NCBI RefSeq assembly: GCF_964204645.1
Contig: NC_134031.1
Coordinates: 21,025,910-21,089,909, forward strand
Origin: Tubulanus polymorphus
Taxonomy: Eukaryota; Animalia; Nemertea
Direction of reading: 5' to 3'
DNA: 64,000 bases
Shown here: positions 1 to 12,300 of the stretch, piece by piece
Layout of the letters: the number at the start of each line of letters is the position of its first letter
Numbering within the stretch: position 1 is the stretch's first letter
Notes under the pieces: generated by a model
Databases searched by the model: none
Told to the model about the DNA's origin: nothing
The model's input: only the letters and a program-made list of their open reading frames with translations
Position numbers and translations under genes: made by a program

Positions 1-3000
1 TCCGCGAAAAGGTTTTGCGATCATGAACGACTGACAAAATAATTTATTATTTCAACCAACAAAAGACGAACTTATCATCATCCAACTAAAAAACGCTTTG
101 ATTTTGAAAAAAAAATATTACAAATGAAACCACGACGGACGGCGGTATCGTTCCGTCGTCAGATGAACAAAATAATATTCAACTATCAGCGACAAAAACT
201 GGCCATTATTGTAAGTACTTAACACACATATAACATGTGTGTATTTATATATGCGACCAGCTCACGTACATCACTGTACATCACTGTACATCACTGTACA
301 CTAATGTATCTTTCAATATCTTATATATCTAACAATCAATTAATAAGTTTAATACAAAACAATTTTTGTACAATAGAGTAATCTATATATATATACACAG
401 ACATACGAGTCACTTACTCCCTATGAAAAAAAAAAACAACAAATAAACAACATTGATGACTATTCATTCATCTTCAAATCTCGAGAATCTGGTTATAGTT
501 GAGAAGAAAAAACCAAACATAAAATTCCTCCTTATCGACCACTGGCTAAAGGTGTAATGCGTAATATTATGGCTTATTCAGATAATCATGAATGTTTATA
601 TTAACACGATTTCATAGGAATCAATATCAGTACTTCACTTTCTATTTCAAAAATCGAAACTGGTAACAGACAATAAACCAGACATGGCTGGTTGTAATGT
701 ATGATGTATTTTGTCAATTTGAACATTACTCATTCCAAAAATATGTCATCGCAGCTGTTGCGCTGATAACTACCGATAACTGTGACTGATTTAGACGAAC
801 TGGAATAGGTTTGAATATGAGTCTGAGATCGGGATATTAAATCCAACACATGGCTTTGAATACGCATTAGTGTCACATTTTACGCCGAAACTACCATCAA
901 TCTTATTACGTTTAAGCTGAATCTTTTTATCTTAATTTCAGTGCAAATTCTTTATATCAAACGTTACCCTCGCAGAGAGCATAAACTGACAAAAACGTCA
1001 AATTAGTGCCTGTGAGCATTCACTGATTGAGTAAGTGATTCCCAACAGCAACATCTTCAATAGTATTTTAGTAAAGATGATATACGTAAATGCGCTCTCT
1101 AATTAAGCTTGGCCAAATATCACCCAGGCCAGTATAACCAGTGCTAAATCATCTGCGTGTGATCATGGTTTATGAGCCTTTGCCAGCGAACTGGTATTTT
1201 CATTAGTCGTATTCGCACTACGTTATTTAGAAAGGTCTAAATTTGGCCGGCACCGATTTAGAACGGTTGATCCTCACTGGATTTAGATGATGTATGAACG
1301 CGCACTCAGATTTGGCAGTTTCACGTACGAACTGTCTCAAACTAGTAATAATGTGAACATAGCTATTGCATAATCCAACTGACCAAACAGTGTTCACTTT
1401 AATCATAAGCAATGTTCATTTCATTTGTTTTGTAATTAAAGTTTTAGCGTATCTACGGCAACATCTATAGTTTAAAGCTCAAAACGGTTTTCTTCAATAT
1501 GATTTTTTTAAGATAAAAAATATAACGAGCACCACGTGCTACCAGACAATTCCACGAATAATTGACAGAATTGAGTGAACAGGTGTCGTCGTCATCGTCT
1601 GAAGTATTTGACACGGTTTGATATATATATATACATGTATTTCAAATATTAGTAAGAGGTTCAAAGTCAAAGTTTTGATTAAATTCCTGCAGAAAAGTTA
1701 AATTCTCCTCCAAGAATGTCCGTTAATGTTAAGACCCATCTAGGGTCAGTTACAGGTAGGGTAGACGCAAGTTTGGTAAGGGGGGCATTGCTTATTTACA
1801 TATACACCAAAGGAACTGGTTCATCATTTCTTACATTATTCACCAGATGACTGATTTAGTAAATTATCTCGTGTTCTGACAGTTTTCATTCCGAAAACGT
1901 AAAAGAACATTCCAGAAATTGATGTGGAAGAAATGACAAAAAAATGCTTGCGTAATGCATTTTAACGATACGACGAATAACGTGTCACACGTACGACGAC
2001 CAGAAAACGATCGATACAATTTTTGTGAAACATCATACATTTTTATGATGACTTTTATCTTTTCGAGCTTTGATGGGGGGTGATTGTATAGCAGTCGGCC
2101 TCGGGCGATACGCTCGCAATTTCCTCACATCCACGTTTTAATGTACTACGTGGCTTTATGCGCGGAAAGTAATGCACAAAGACAACAGTTCGTTCGTGCT
2201 TCTCTAAAAAATATATAACCCACAAGGTCAAACAAATTAGAATTGATTTTAAATGCAAATTTCCCGATAGAAATTTCTATATTTCCGTGGTTCAATTAGT
2301 AGTTTACGTACTTGTATCGACAGACTATCGAATGAAGTCAAGCACATGTTGTACGCGGTGATCCATTCTAAATCATGAATTTTGAAAAAGACAATAAAAT
2401 AACTGAATAGAAATTATGGAATATTTTCAGTGATCATTAATTTGTTTAAATGAATTCTGAAGGCTCGATAATATCCGCTAACAATCTCAAAGAGATCGAA
2501 ACAAATAAACAGTATTTTCACAAGGCAATTGATTTTTCTCATTGAAAGACTTTTTAAAGGAAATGCAAATTCAACTAAAAGCATTCAGTTTCGTCATCAA
2601 CAGCTGTATCCTATATATCCAGCTCATTATTGTTCATTAATAGCTACAAGAAATTCTTAAAATCCGGCGAAAACGATATAAAGTTTATCTAATCTCCTGT
2701 ATTATGTGTGTATAATACATTTTTTTTCTAAAATTTAGTTAAAAATAAGGCAATCTCGAATTTGCTTCGTGCAAAGATTTTCTAAAGACATTGTCACTAA
2801 CTTTTCATGAAAATGACCATGAAAAAAATGCCTTAAAATGGATTAAAAAGTATATCGCTATACATAAAGCTACATCACGTATAACAATCCAAATATTGCC
2901 TATAAATGACTGCATTAATCTAATGGAGCTGAATAGAAAATCTAAATATTACAAAAAAACGTTACTAACATGGTTGTAATAAATGCATTTTACTCTGATG

Positions 3001-3710
3001 GGCTACGCAAAAACAATGAGCTGATAAAATAATAACTTTTAAAAGAATTTCTTTTCAAAATATGAAACCTTTTTTTATAAGTTTTGTACGAGTTAAAAGC
3101 ATTTAACAGTACAATAAAAAAAATCCCTCGACGATCGAAATAGAATTTCATCCATTTTTTCCAATGAAGCTTCCACCGATTTACGGATTTATCGTAATTT
3201 CATAATTTGTTCAAAATGCGGCGAAATATAAATAAATAATTCATGATCGATATAAAAACTATCGTATAAGGAGAGGAAATGCAAATTCATTGACAATAGA
3301 TTTAAATCCATTGTTTAATCGACGATATTCATATAGCCAAACATAAACACTTTCTTTTACAAAAATTACACAATATTCTGCACTTTATCCGGGGGGGGGG
3401 GGGGGAACTAACCCAGGGATATCTACAATCACCATAAGTAGATTACTGTAATTACTGCGATTTTCAACTACTATTTCTATTCATAATAATAATAATAATA
3501 ATAATAATAATATATTTATTATAGATATATGTATATATTTTAGATGTTTATGTTGTAAGACGTATAGAATAAACAATCAATTCGAGTTTATAGTGCATTA
3601 GTGGCCGCGCACACGTCGACATGTTTTACCACACCAAAATTGGTCATTGCCTTTTCAAGGCAAAAAATATACACGGCCATACAGCGAGAAATCTGCTTAA
3701 TGGAAGTTAT

Positions 3711-4225
3711 TTTAAAACCCTTTTAGCGCCATAGTCGCGCTGAACCAACACGCCGTGTACGAATGTCACTGCGTACTGAAGTGGGAGTGCTCCATACTAT
3801 AAGGGAGGGTTCAGTTCAACCAAAACCCAAATATTCAAGGCTACGTGGATCATTGATGGAAAAGTTGATGATAATAATTTAATTGCCTGTCAGTTGGTGG
3901 CTGATAATGTGCATGTCACGTTTGGTTTTACTTTGACCCTAACTGTAACCTTTCAAGAGACCCAGAGGTTACAACCGGCAGCCTGTAATATTTGCTTCTC
4001 ATGAAATGATGCAATTTGTGGGTTATATGTGTGACAAAATACATTTTCTGCTTTCAGCTGATTTACATAGTACAACAGTATTTTGAAATAAACCACCCAG
4101 GCAGTTGGCAAGAACAAATACTTTTTCTTTCGACTAATTAAAATTTGAATTAGATTTGATGTTTTTGCTGAATAAAATTGAATTGAACTTGCAAGTTTGG
4201 CACGCGGCGCTTAAAGGGTTTTAAA
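3711..4225. mobile_element. MITE-like non-autonomous DNA element with 20-bp terminal inverted repeats (piggyBac-like TTAA..CCCTT ends)
   Basis: TTTAAAACCCTTTTAGCGCC (3711-3730) versus the reverse complement of GGCGCTTAAAGGGTTTTAAA (4206-4225): 19/20 identical. No ORF inside. Confidence 0.6.
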
Positions 4226-5371
4226 CTGATTTCTTACTACAATGTGCAGCCACTTTGCTTTTAAAAGACGAAGTACAAAGTCAATCATAAATGAAATTCA
4301 AAAAGAGAGTACAAATTCATAGAGTTAAAAATTTCTCGTAAAGTTGTTTTTTTAGATTTTTTTCCTATTTATAGTGTCATCGAGCCCCAAAATATTTTTC
4401 ATTTCATTTTGCTATGTTCTGTTTCTGTAATTTACTACAGTGTTGCGATAAAAAAGTGAACCTACAGACCTCGAATAGATGCCATGCCCCTCATCCAGAC
4501 CGGTGTCTATGCCGTTAGGGGGCGGAGCCCATTTTAAGTATCATAAAAATGTTGATATCGTTATATCACGATTAATGAAACTTTGAATCATCCTGTGCGT
4601 GAAACAGGCTCCAGATTTCATGGCAAATAATCTTATGTCAACCAGTCTGTCAAATCCAAGCTAAACCTATGACGTCCGTAGGGTAGGTCCAGCGTTGAAG
4701 AGGTCCCTCTACCCCAACATGGCAATGGCTGAGTGGTTATAAACTAAAGCAAGAATTTACAGATTACAGTTAATCGGTGCATAACTGACTAGTGACAATC
4801 AAAACCGCAATGTTACAACCAATGGTTGAAACGTAAACCAACTTGTTGAGCAAACATGGTAAAAAACTACCCGCCCCCCTCATTTCCAAGATGTCACAAT
4901 GGGTGTATAGCTGGAGAAGCATTTCGTATGTATCGATTGGTCATAGATTGGATTTGACAGATAGGAAGATGAGCGTATCCCGGTGTACATCTGTACCTTA
5001 TTAAGTTAAACACATCACCATCAGTAAACAGAACATTGAGAGAATTGCTGCCATTGGGGCTGATGAATAGATAGAGTACATTATACACACATACATATAC
5101 ATATAATTATAATATACATATACTCCTGTATTTTACATGTACATGTAGTGATATACAGCAGTGAAAAGTTACGACATACCCTTCCAGTTATAGTAATATG
5201 GGTAGACCTCCGAATATGGCCCCTTAAGTTTTAAAGAGTTTAAAGTACTGGACAATCACGATTGTTGAAAGTGCATATGATTCGAAATACAACTGATAAA
5301 CATTGCGACTGAAGCCTGCATATAATTCACTAAATCATCAACTGATTTCAACAATTCTTCAGCATGAAATC

Positions 5372-5693
5372 AGCCAGTGTTCACACTAGTTCCTGGAACA
5401 GACCAATTTAGAACGGGCCAAATTAATGCATGCGTTCACACACATTGTCTTTAAAGTGGTCCAACTGGCGTAACACAGTCATTGATAACACAATTCAAGC
5501 AAAGTTTATATCATTCACGCACTAAGAAATGGTTTATTCTAAAATTTAGAAGCTGGATTGTTCTTTTGGTTAGACTAAATTGGTCTTCTCTAAAACGGAA
5601 TGGACCAATTAAGAAACGACACAACGCTTGGTCTATTCTAAATTGGAACGGACTGATTTAGAATGTTCTAAATAACGCGGTGTGAACTCGGCT
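5372..5693. mobile_element. MITE, diverged relative of the AGCC..TCACAC family (PIF/Harbinger-like)
   Basis: Ends AGCCAGTGTTCACAC ... GTGTGAACTCGGCT, with internal GACCAATTT/AAATTGG sub-repeats. Confidence 0.55.
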
Positions 5694-5987
5694 TTCGTCG
5701 TGCAATCCATGGAATCTAGTTGAAATATTTTCCCAAAACATCTCATAGAAAAATATGAAATAAAATGTTATGATTCATCAACATTCGAGGTACATCGAAT
5801 CCCGCTTCATTAGTATTTCATTATCCCAACACACAGCGTAATAAAATATGGCTGTTGGCAGGTCTCAATTCTAGCAAGAAAAAAAGTTTCCGCATTAATC
5901 AGTTGTCGTACATGTATTAATACAATTTCCAAGATGAAATTGCGCAAAAATCGTCGCCATCTTAGTTTTCAGTCATATGCTGCAAAT

Positions 5988-7896
5988 TTTATTCTCAATA
6001 CAAAGAATAAAGAACTAAGTATGTGATGGTGATCTACGAGGGAAGTATTTAGATCTATCTAATAGCACTACGGGATCCTATTTCAAACGTTCTCTTGAAT
6101 GAAGTTTTAACTCTTTCAAGTTGCGGTTGCTGTTTGTAATAGTCGCTATAGCTTTACAAATTGGTCGCTTCTTTGGTATATAGAGCTTAAAGAAATTCCA
6201 GAAATGGAAAATGCGTGTCATAATCAGTATATGTGAGATGACTAATGATAATGCATATCTCTTCCAATGGCGTGCAAGAAATACTATGAAATGTTTCAGA
6301 TTCTTTTGTCCCAACATAACTGTTTTCTGATTTTTAGTATGTAAATTCGATTTCTGGCCAAAGTTCTTATTCTAGAATTGACAAGATTTTTTCATATGAT
6401 GCCATTGTACAAGAAGGAAAAAGCTTGTCCGAAGTCCTAATTTCCGACTATATTCCGGCAGACAGCCTAATGTTTTAGAACCAGACAGGAAAGAGTTAAA
6501 AGATGAAAACTTTCAGTTTTTTCATGATAGATGAAATATACCATTATAAATGAAATACTTATTACTCTTTCTACAATTCATATCATGTTTCTTTTTTCAT
6601 AGTGGTTCATCACACGTTACATATATATGGCACAATGAAGTTATTTTGAAGTTAAACTATTCTCGCTCATACGCGGCGAGCGTTACCTAATCTCAAACGA
6701 CAATGTCATGGTATCCTAAATACTGTGAAATGAGACAGTAGAGTGAGGGAGGGGGAAGGAGTCGGAAGAAAGAAACTCAGAGAACATTTTTATAAATTGA
6801 TTAACCACAACTGTGACAGTTGATGATATGGAGACAGATCTAAATGCGCGTAATAATCCCCATTCATTCAGTCGTATCATTTTGAGATCAAAATATAATA
6901 AGCTGATGATTCATTGTTTGTAAAATCATTTTCCACCGCCAAACTGGAAAATTCATTCTTGAATATTTCTGAATTTACAATATCGCGCGATACATGTTCT
7001 TCTTGAATTATCACTACTTACTGCTAAATAGTCCGATTACGCCTTCAATACAGCCAGGGACTTCTATATATGATAAAATATCTATCTAAAATGTGTCCAT
7101 AGAAAAAATGTTCAAGTTTGGTTACTTTGAAGGTAATACGGATTTGATAAAGCCTAGTGATCACGTGAATAGGATTTATTTAGAGTCAATTAAGACGATG
7201 TTATCTAGTAAATGCACTATGGTAGTAAGACCCTTTTTTCATTACTTGCTGTAACAGCATATTTTACACACAGATAAAAAGATCGTTTTAAACGAGTATT
7301 TCAAAACTAAACTTCGCCGAAATCGAAGACTTCGTCTTCCGCCGACGATCAAATCATTTTAGACGATGAAAAAAAAAGTTGACAAAATTTTTTTACACAG
7401 AATCTCGGTTAGAACTGATCGTTGCTATCTAACACGCGAGGGTCAATGATTTAATCACGGAATCGCGAGTATCAATAAGAAATAAGCCATTGTTTCACGG
7501 ATGTGTTTGTACTATATCAGACACTATGTTTTTACAACAGATCGTTTTTTTTGTTTTCACAGATCTATATATATATATCTTTATATATGTATATATAATT
7601 TGTACATTCCTATTAATGAGATAGCTACAATGATGTCTTACAACAAAAAACTCAACCATCGAATACCACATTACGATACATTGATAATGTCAGCTCCGCA
7701 GTCCATTGTTTCATAGTCACTCAATATCTCAATTGCACAACTACGCTTCTCCAGTCGTTTATTAAGCCATGTATGTGTTTTTTGTTTTTTTCGTTCATAC
7801 GGTGGTTATTTCAATTGTTAATTATCTCGGCCGGTGCTATAACAACCCGTTTCAGTAAACCGGTGTCTTCGCTTTCAATCTGGATCGAGTTTATTA
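5988..7896 (-). other. Putative 3' UTR of the zinc-finger gene (end uncertain)
   Basis: AT-rich sequence after the stop. Minus-strand AATAAA at about 7758, 7175 and 5988. Contains several conserved-miRNA seed matches. Confidence 0.45.
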
Positions 7897-8910
7897 TTAA
7901 ACGGTATTTCCGGTACCGTTACATTGCGTAAACGACGAATAATTCTTGATATGCTGCAAACTCAACAGACTGTTAGCGATCATCTTGTCACGCGACGGCT
8001 GGTGAAAGTCGCGCTGATGGAAATCGCGTTCGATCGACTCTTGTTGTCGTTGAGAATTCACCGGATCATACGGAAAATACCGCGGCGACGTCACGCATGA
8101 TATATGCGGTAAAGACGGTCCGATCGGCGAGCTCTGAGGCAGCGACGGAGGAGTAAACGGGAAACTGGTCGGCGGCAACCCGTTATTCACCATGTTCGCT
8201 TGGCTCATCGGATGAGATGAAATGGGCATGAACGCCGAATTCGGTTTGCCGTTCATATTGTCGATCATCATCGGTTTCGGCGTGTTGCAACAACTATCGT
8301 CGTACGTACCCGGTTCTTGTTTGATGAGCGGCGATCTCAGAGGAGACATCAGATCGGGAGACGTCGGAGACGGTAACATCTCGGCTTTCGGGATGCGAAT
8401 ACGTGGCACGTTTCCGTCCATGTTGTGCTTCGACATGTGACGACTGAGGTACGTTTCCTGCGTGTAAGACTTTCCGCAAATGTGACAAATGTGAGTTTTA
8501 AGGTGTTTGGTTTCGGCGTGTTTCGGGATATGATCGCGTAGACCTTGCTCGTCGGCGAAACACTTATAACACGAGTTACACCGATACGGTTTATCGGTCA
8601 TGTGACTGCGAGAATGAGTTTGTAAATTCGATAGTTGAGTGAACGCCTTGCCGCAGCCAGGATGCTGACAACGATACGGTTTTTCCCCGGTATGTGTACG
8701 ACGATGCTGTTGAAGGTGAGATAACTGCGTAAAACGCCGTTCACAGAAGTTACACTGATAGGGTTTAATACCGCTGTGAATGCGGGCGTGTTGCGATAAG
8801 TAAGACGAATTCGCGAAGCATTTCGCGCATGTTACGCACTTGTAAGGCTTTGGGTCTTGTTTGTGGACTTGGTGGGAATGGACCAGTAAGTCGGACTTGG
8901 ACTCAAACAT
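7897..8910 (-). CDS. rn: Terminal coding exon: second half of ZF1, ZF2-ZF6, Pro/Ser-rich region, C-terminal NAB-interaction-like motif, stop
   Basis: Acceptor ttctttctgtcttgcAG|ATG at 8911-8912; 1014 nt to TAA. The ORF-track N-terminus MAFYLLSVLQ is intronic. Confidence 0.97.
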   Translation of the reverse strand: MFESKSDLLVHSHQVHKQDPKPYKCVTCAKCFANSSYLSQHARIHSGIKPYQCNFCERRFTQLSHLQQHRRTHTGEKPYRCQHPGCGKAFTQLSNLQTHSRSHMTDKPYRCNSCYKCFADEQGLRDHIPKHAETKHLKTHICHICGKSYTQETYLSRHMSKHNMDGNVPRIRIPKAEMLPSPTSPDLMSPLRSPLIKQEPGTYDDSCCNTPKPMMIDNMNGKPNSAFMPISSHPMSQANMVNNGLPPTSFPFTPPSLPQSSPIGPSLPHISCVTSPRYFPYDPVNSQRQQESIERDFHQRDFHQPSRDKMIANSLLSLQHIKNYSSFTQCNGTGNTV

Positions 8911-9310
8911 CTGCAAGACAGAAAGAAGGTAAAAAGCCATTAGTTGTTTTGTTTTGATTTTTTTTTGGGTTCATATTTAAAACCCCTCAGTTTTGCAGTC
9001 CGGGCATTAGCCAAAAGTCCCGTTCTTTTTTTTAAATGAATAATCGATGAATTTGTGCATCAAATAAATTGACATGCAGAATTCAATAAAATCGAATAAT
9101 CGAAATGATTCTTGAATTTTTCGATGATGAGTTCAGAATCTGAAATTCATCAAAAATGAACGTTTATTGATGAATGTTCAGATTTGACTCTTTCTCCGAG
9201 GTGTTTTTAAGTAATATACACAACTAATGGCTCTTTTTCGACCTTGATTCCGTCTTCAAGAAAAAATGCCAAAACCGCAAACCACAAAACTGAGATATAT
9301 AATATACGAA

Positions 9311-9346
<36 letters not shown>

Positions 9347-12300
9347 AAATGTATAGAAATATATCATTATCAGACATCGATAGGAAATTAACTCATCATA
9401 ATTGGGTGTAAAAAATGGAATAGAATTAATTCACAACTGATAATCATGCAACAGACTTCGATAAAAATAGATCATTGATCGTTTTGGACAAGATGATTAA
9501 CAACAAACACCTGAACGACCTCATTATTCTAATTCAAGCAACTGTCGATGTTTCTGGAGGTTATTTCTACAGGAGCTTCTTTTGAAAATATGGCGCTTTC
9601 AGGTAAGGGGCCTTAGGGCGAAAGAGAATGATGACTCGATCAGAACATTCAACCGACCTCGTCTAGAGTCGCAGGAACCTCTCCAACCGACCTCGTCTAG
9701 AGTCGCAGGAACCTCTCTTACCAACCTCGTCTATAGTCGCAGGAACCCCTTGAACCGACCTCGTCTGACCTCATCTATAGTCACAGGAACCTCTCAAACT
9801 GACCTCGTCTAGTCACAGGAACCTCTCAAACGCACCTCAACTGACCTCGTCTAGAGTCACAGGAACCCCTTGAACCGACCTCGACTGACCTCGTCTAGTC
9901 ACAGGAACCTCTCAAACTGACCTCGTCTAGAGTCACAGGAACCCCTTGAACCGACCTCGTCTAAAGTCACAGGACCCCCTCGAACCGACCTCGTCTATAG
10001 TCACAGGACCCCCTTGAACCAACCTCGTCTATAGTCACAGGAACCTCTCGAACCAACCTCGTCTATGCATACATTGCTGTATTAAAAGTGTTAAGAGACT
10101 GAGCTTTGATCAAGGGTTCACCACGGAAAGGCGCTCTACGCAAGAAACTGATATAATTATCATTATTAACACTATTCATGAAAAGATTCCTGTACCTGTA
10201 CTGAACAATGATATAAACCTTACTATACACGTATGAAAAACTATATAATGAATGATAAAAACTGTAGTTATGTATATTTGTATGCGGTGTAGATATTTAT
10301 TATCACTAAAAACGTTTTTGATAAGATATTCTCGTTCATTTTATGGACAGAAGTTCTTCCTCAATTCGATATGCGTATTACCCCTATCACATGACTCATT
10401 ATATCCCGATGATATATATGAACAAATATTGTTGCCGTTTCAGCAGTTAGAAGCGTTACTTTAAAGATGCGACAGTTTGGACATCTCTTCGGAACGGCGC
10501 TAATATATGCATTCGTATATATATATATAAACAAGGCTTAGAAAGATACTTTGCGACTGGACAACAACACGAACATGCATCCTAGTGGCAGCTCGTTCTC
10601 GTCGTGGTAAGGGTTACATATAAACAGATTATAATAGACATACCTGATCACACATTTTACACTGATAAGATCGTTTAGTTTTTGTCGCTGGTTTCAATGG
10701 CTGTGGCACGACTAACTGGTTGTTGTTGTTCGTGAGGGCTGACGCCGGCGGACTGAACGAATTCGGCGTCGAAGGCTGACATTGAGACGACAATTCGCCG
10801 GCTGACCGACCACCGATCGAAGGGCCGCCGAATCCTTGGATGACGTTTTGTTTCACTGCTGACTGGTGATAGCTAACCGGTGATGACGACGAAGCTGTAC
10901 TCGTCGGTGTCGTAGGTTCTAAAACGAGATGAAACCACAATCATTTCAATTTTATCATGCGAACAAAAAAAAAAAAAATCTAAAACACGAATATAAAGAG
11001 CATTCATTGATAATCATCGAGCGCAACTTGCCACATATCAGAAATCAGTAAATTTCTGCAACAAACGCAACAGCCGCGATCACATGGAGACAATTTGGCC
11101 CCGGCCAATTTGGTGAGTTACGCCCGGAACCAGTTGCAATTCACGCGCAATAATTTAACCAAAGCTAGAATTTGGCTCTGGCCTGGACCGCACCACGCGG
11201 AACTGCACCACGCCGAGCCGCACCACGCCGAGCCATCTCTCGGTTCATCGTCAATAAGAATAGTAGAATGAAGACAATTCGTCGGCATTAAGTTATAAAC
11301 TATGAACAACTTGATCTGTGTGTCATATCAGCCTGTGGTGGGAGAAACGTTACACCGAGGGATATTACAAAACCTATGACTAACAAGACACCGGTAGAGA
11401 GACTCGTATTCTGCCACAGGTGAAACCTTAGCTTATCTTTTAATGTTTATTGACTTCATACAAAACCAAAACCCGAAACTTCCCCTCATCTCCGCTAGAA
11501 GAGTAAATACATGAAGCCTTTTTTACCCCCATCAATCTCATACTACTGAAAAAAGTAATTGCATAAAAACAAATGGCCTCGATACGGTGTTGGTTGTTCG
11601 ACTCATATCTACGCGACAACAATCTCTCGGAGATCTTTTTGATGAATATCTTTTTTCAAGTAACTTCCAAGATGAAAAATGTCATTGGATAAAAAAAAAG
11701 GTAGGAGTGGTTTACATATCATTTCGATAATGACATATTGTCCGTCACTCATCTAAAAACAACTCATCAACGATCGAATCTATTAGAGGTTGTTGACGAC
11801 AACGTTTTCTTATATCAAAAACTTTAGTTTTTCCAAGTGAGATTCTTAGAATAAACATAAATTCATATGTTTTATAAATCAAATACAGTGGACTCCTGAT
11901 TTGGTTCTCTAACAAGAGTCACATTGAAGAACTCGAGAATTTTCACAATACAATCTTCACCTTACAATTAGCTTTTTTCAATTTTTTTTTATAATAGAAT
12001 ACCAGGATCTATCAAATTTTTCTAGGTATTTTTCATATTATTTGACGTCAAGCTACGTACAATAACACAAGCTGTTGCTGATCACAATCTGAACTCATTT
12101 AAAAAAGATAAGTTTTTAACTTGAACAAAGCGTATTCATTCTTTTTCTCAAATTTTCATGATTTCACATCCAGCTTTTCCCGCAGACATCCGTTTGTCAC
12201 AAGACTCCGACACCCGCGATACAAACATTCAACAACGGGTGGATTTAAGTCTAACTAAATCAAATGTTCTAATTTACTGAAACTGAATTCCTGATTCATG

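Noticed and set aside
4726-4740. Pol III A-box-like TGGCTGAGTGG
   Set aside because: No downstream B-box or tRNA fold.
7209-7231. miR-277 gene on the plus strand
   Set aside because: No complementary 5' arm upstream; better read as a target site on the minus strand.
7326-7340. Tri-loop hairpin GAAGAC-GAA-GUCUUC in the 3' UTR as a LIN-41 or Roquin element
   Set aside because: The closing pair is C-G rather than U/C-A, and the loop is not Y-R-Y.
8911-8940. ORF-track start MAFYLLSVLQ for the 347-aa ORF
   Set aside because: It is the polypyrimidine tract and acceptor of the intron; the exon begins at 8910.
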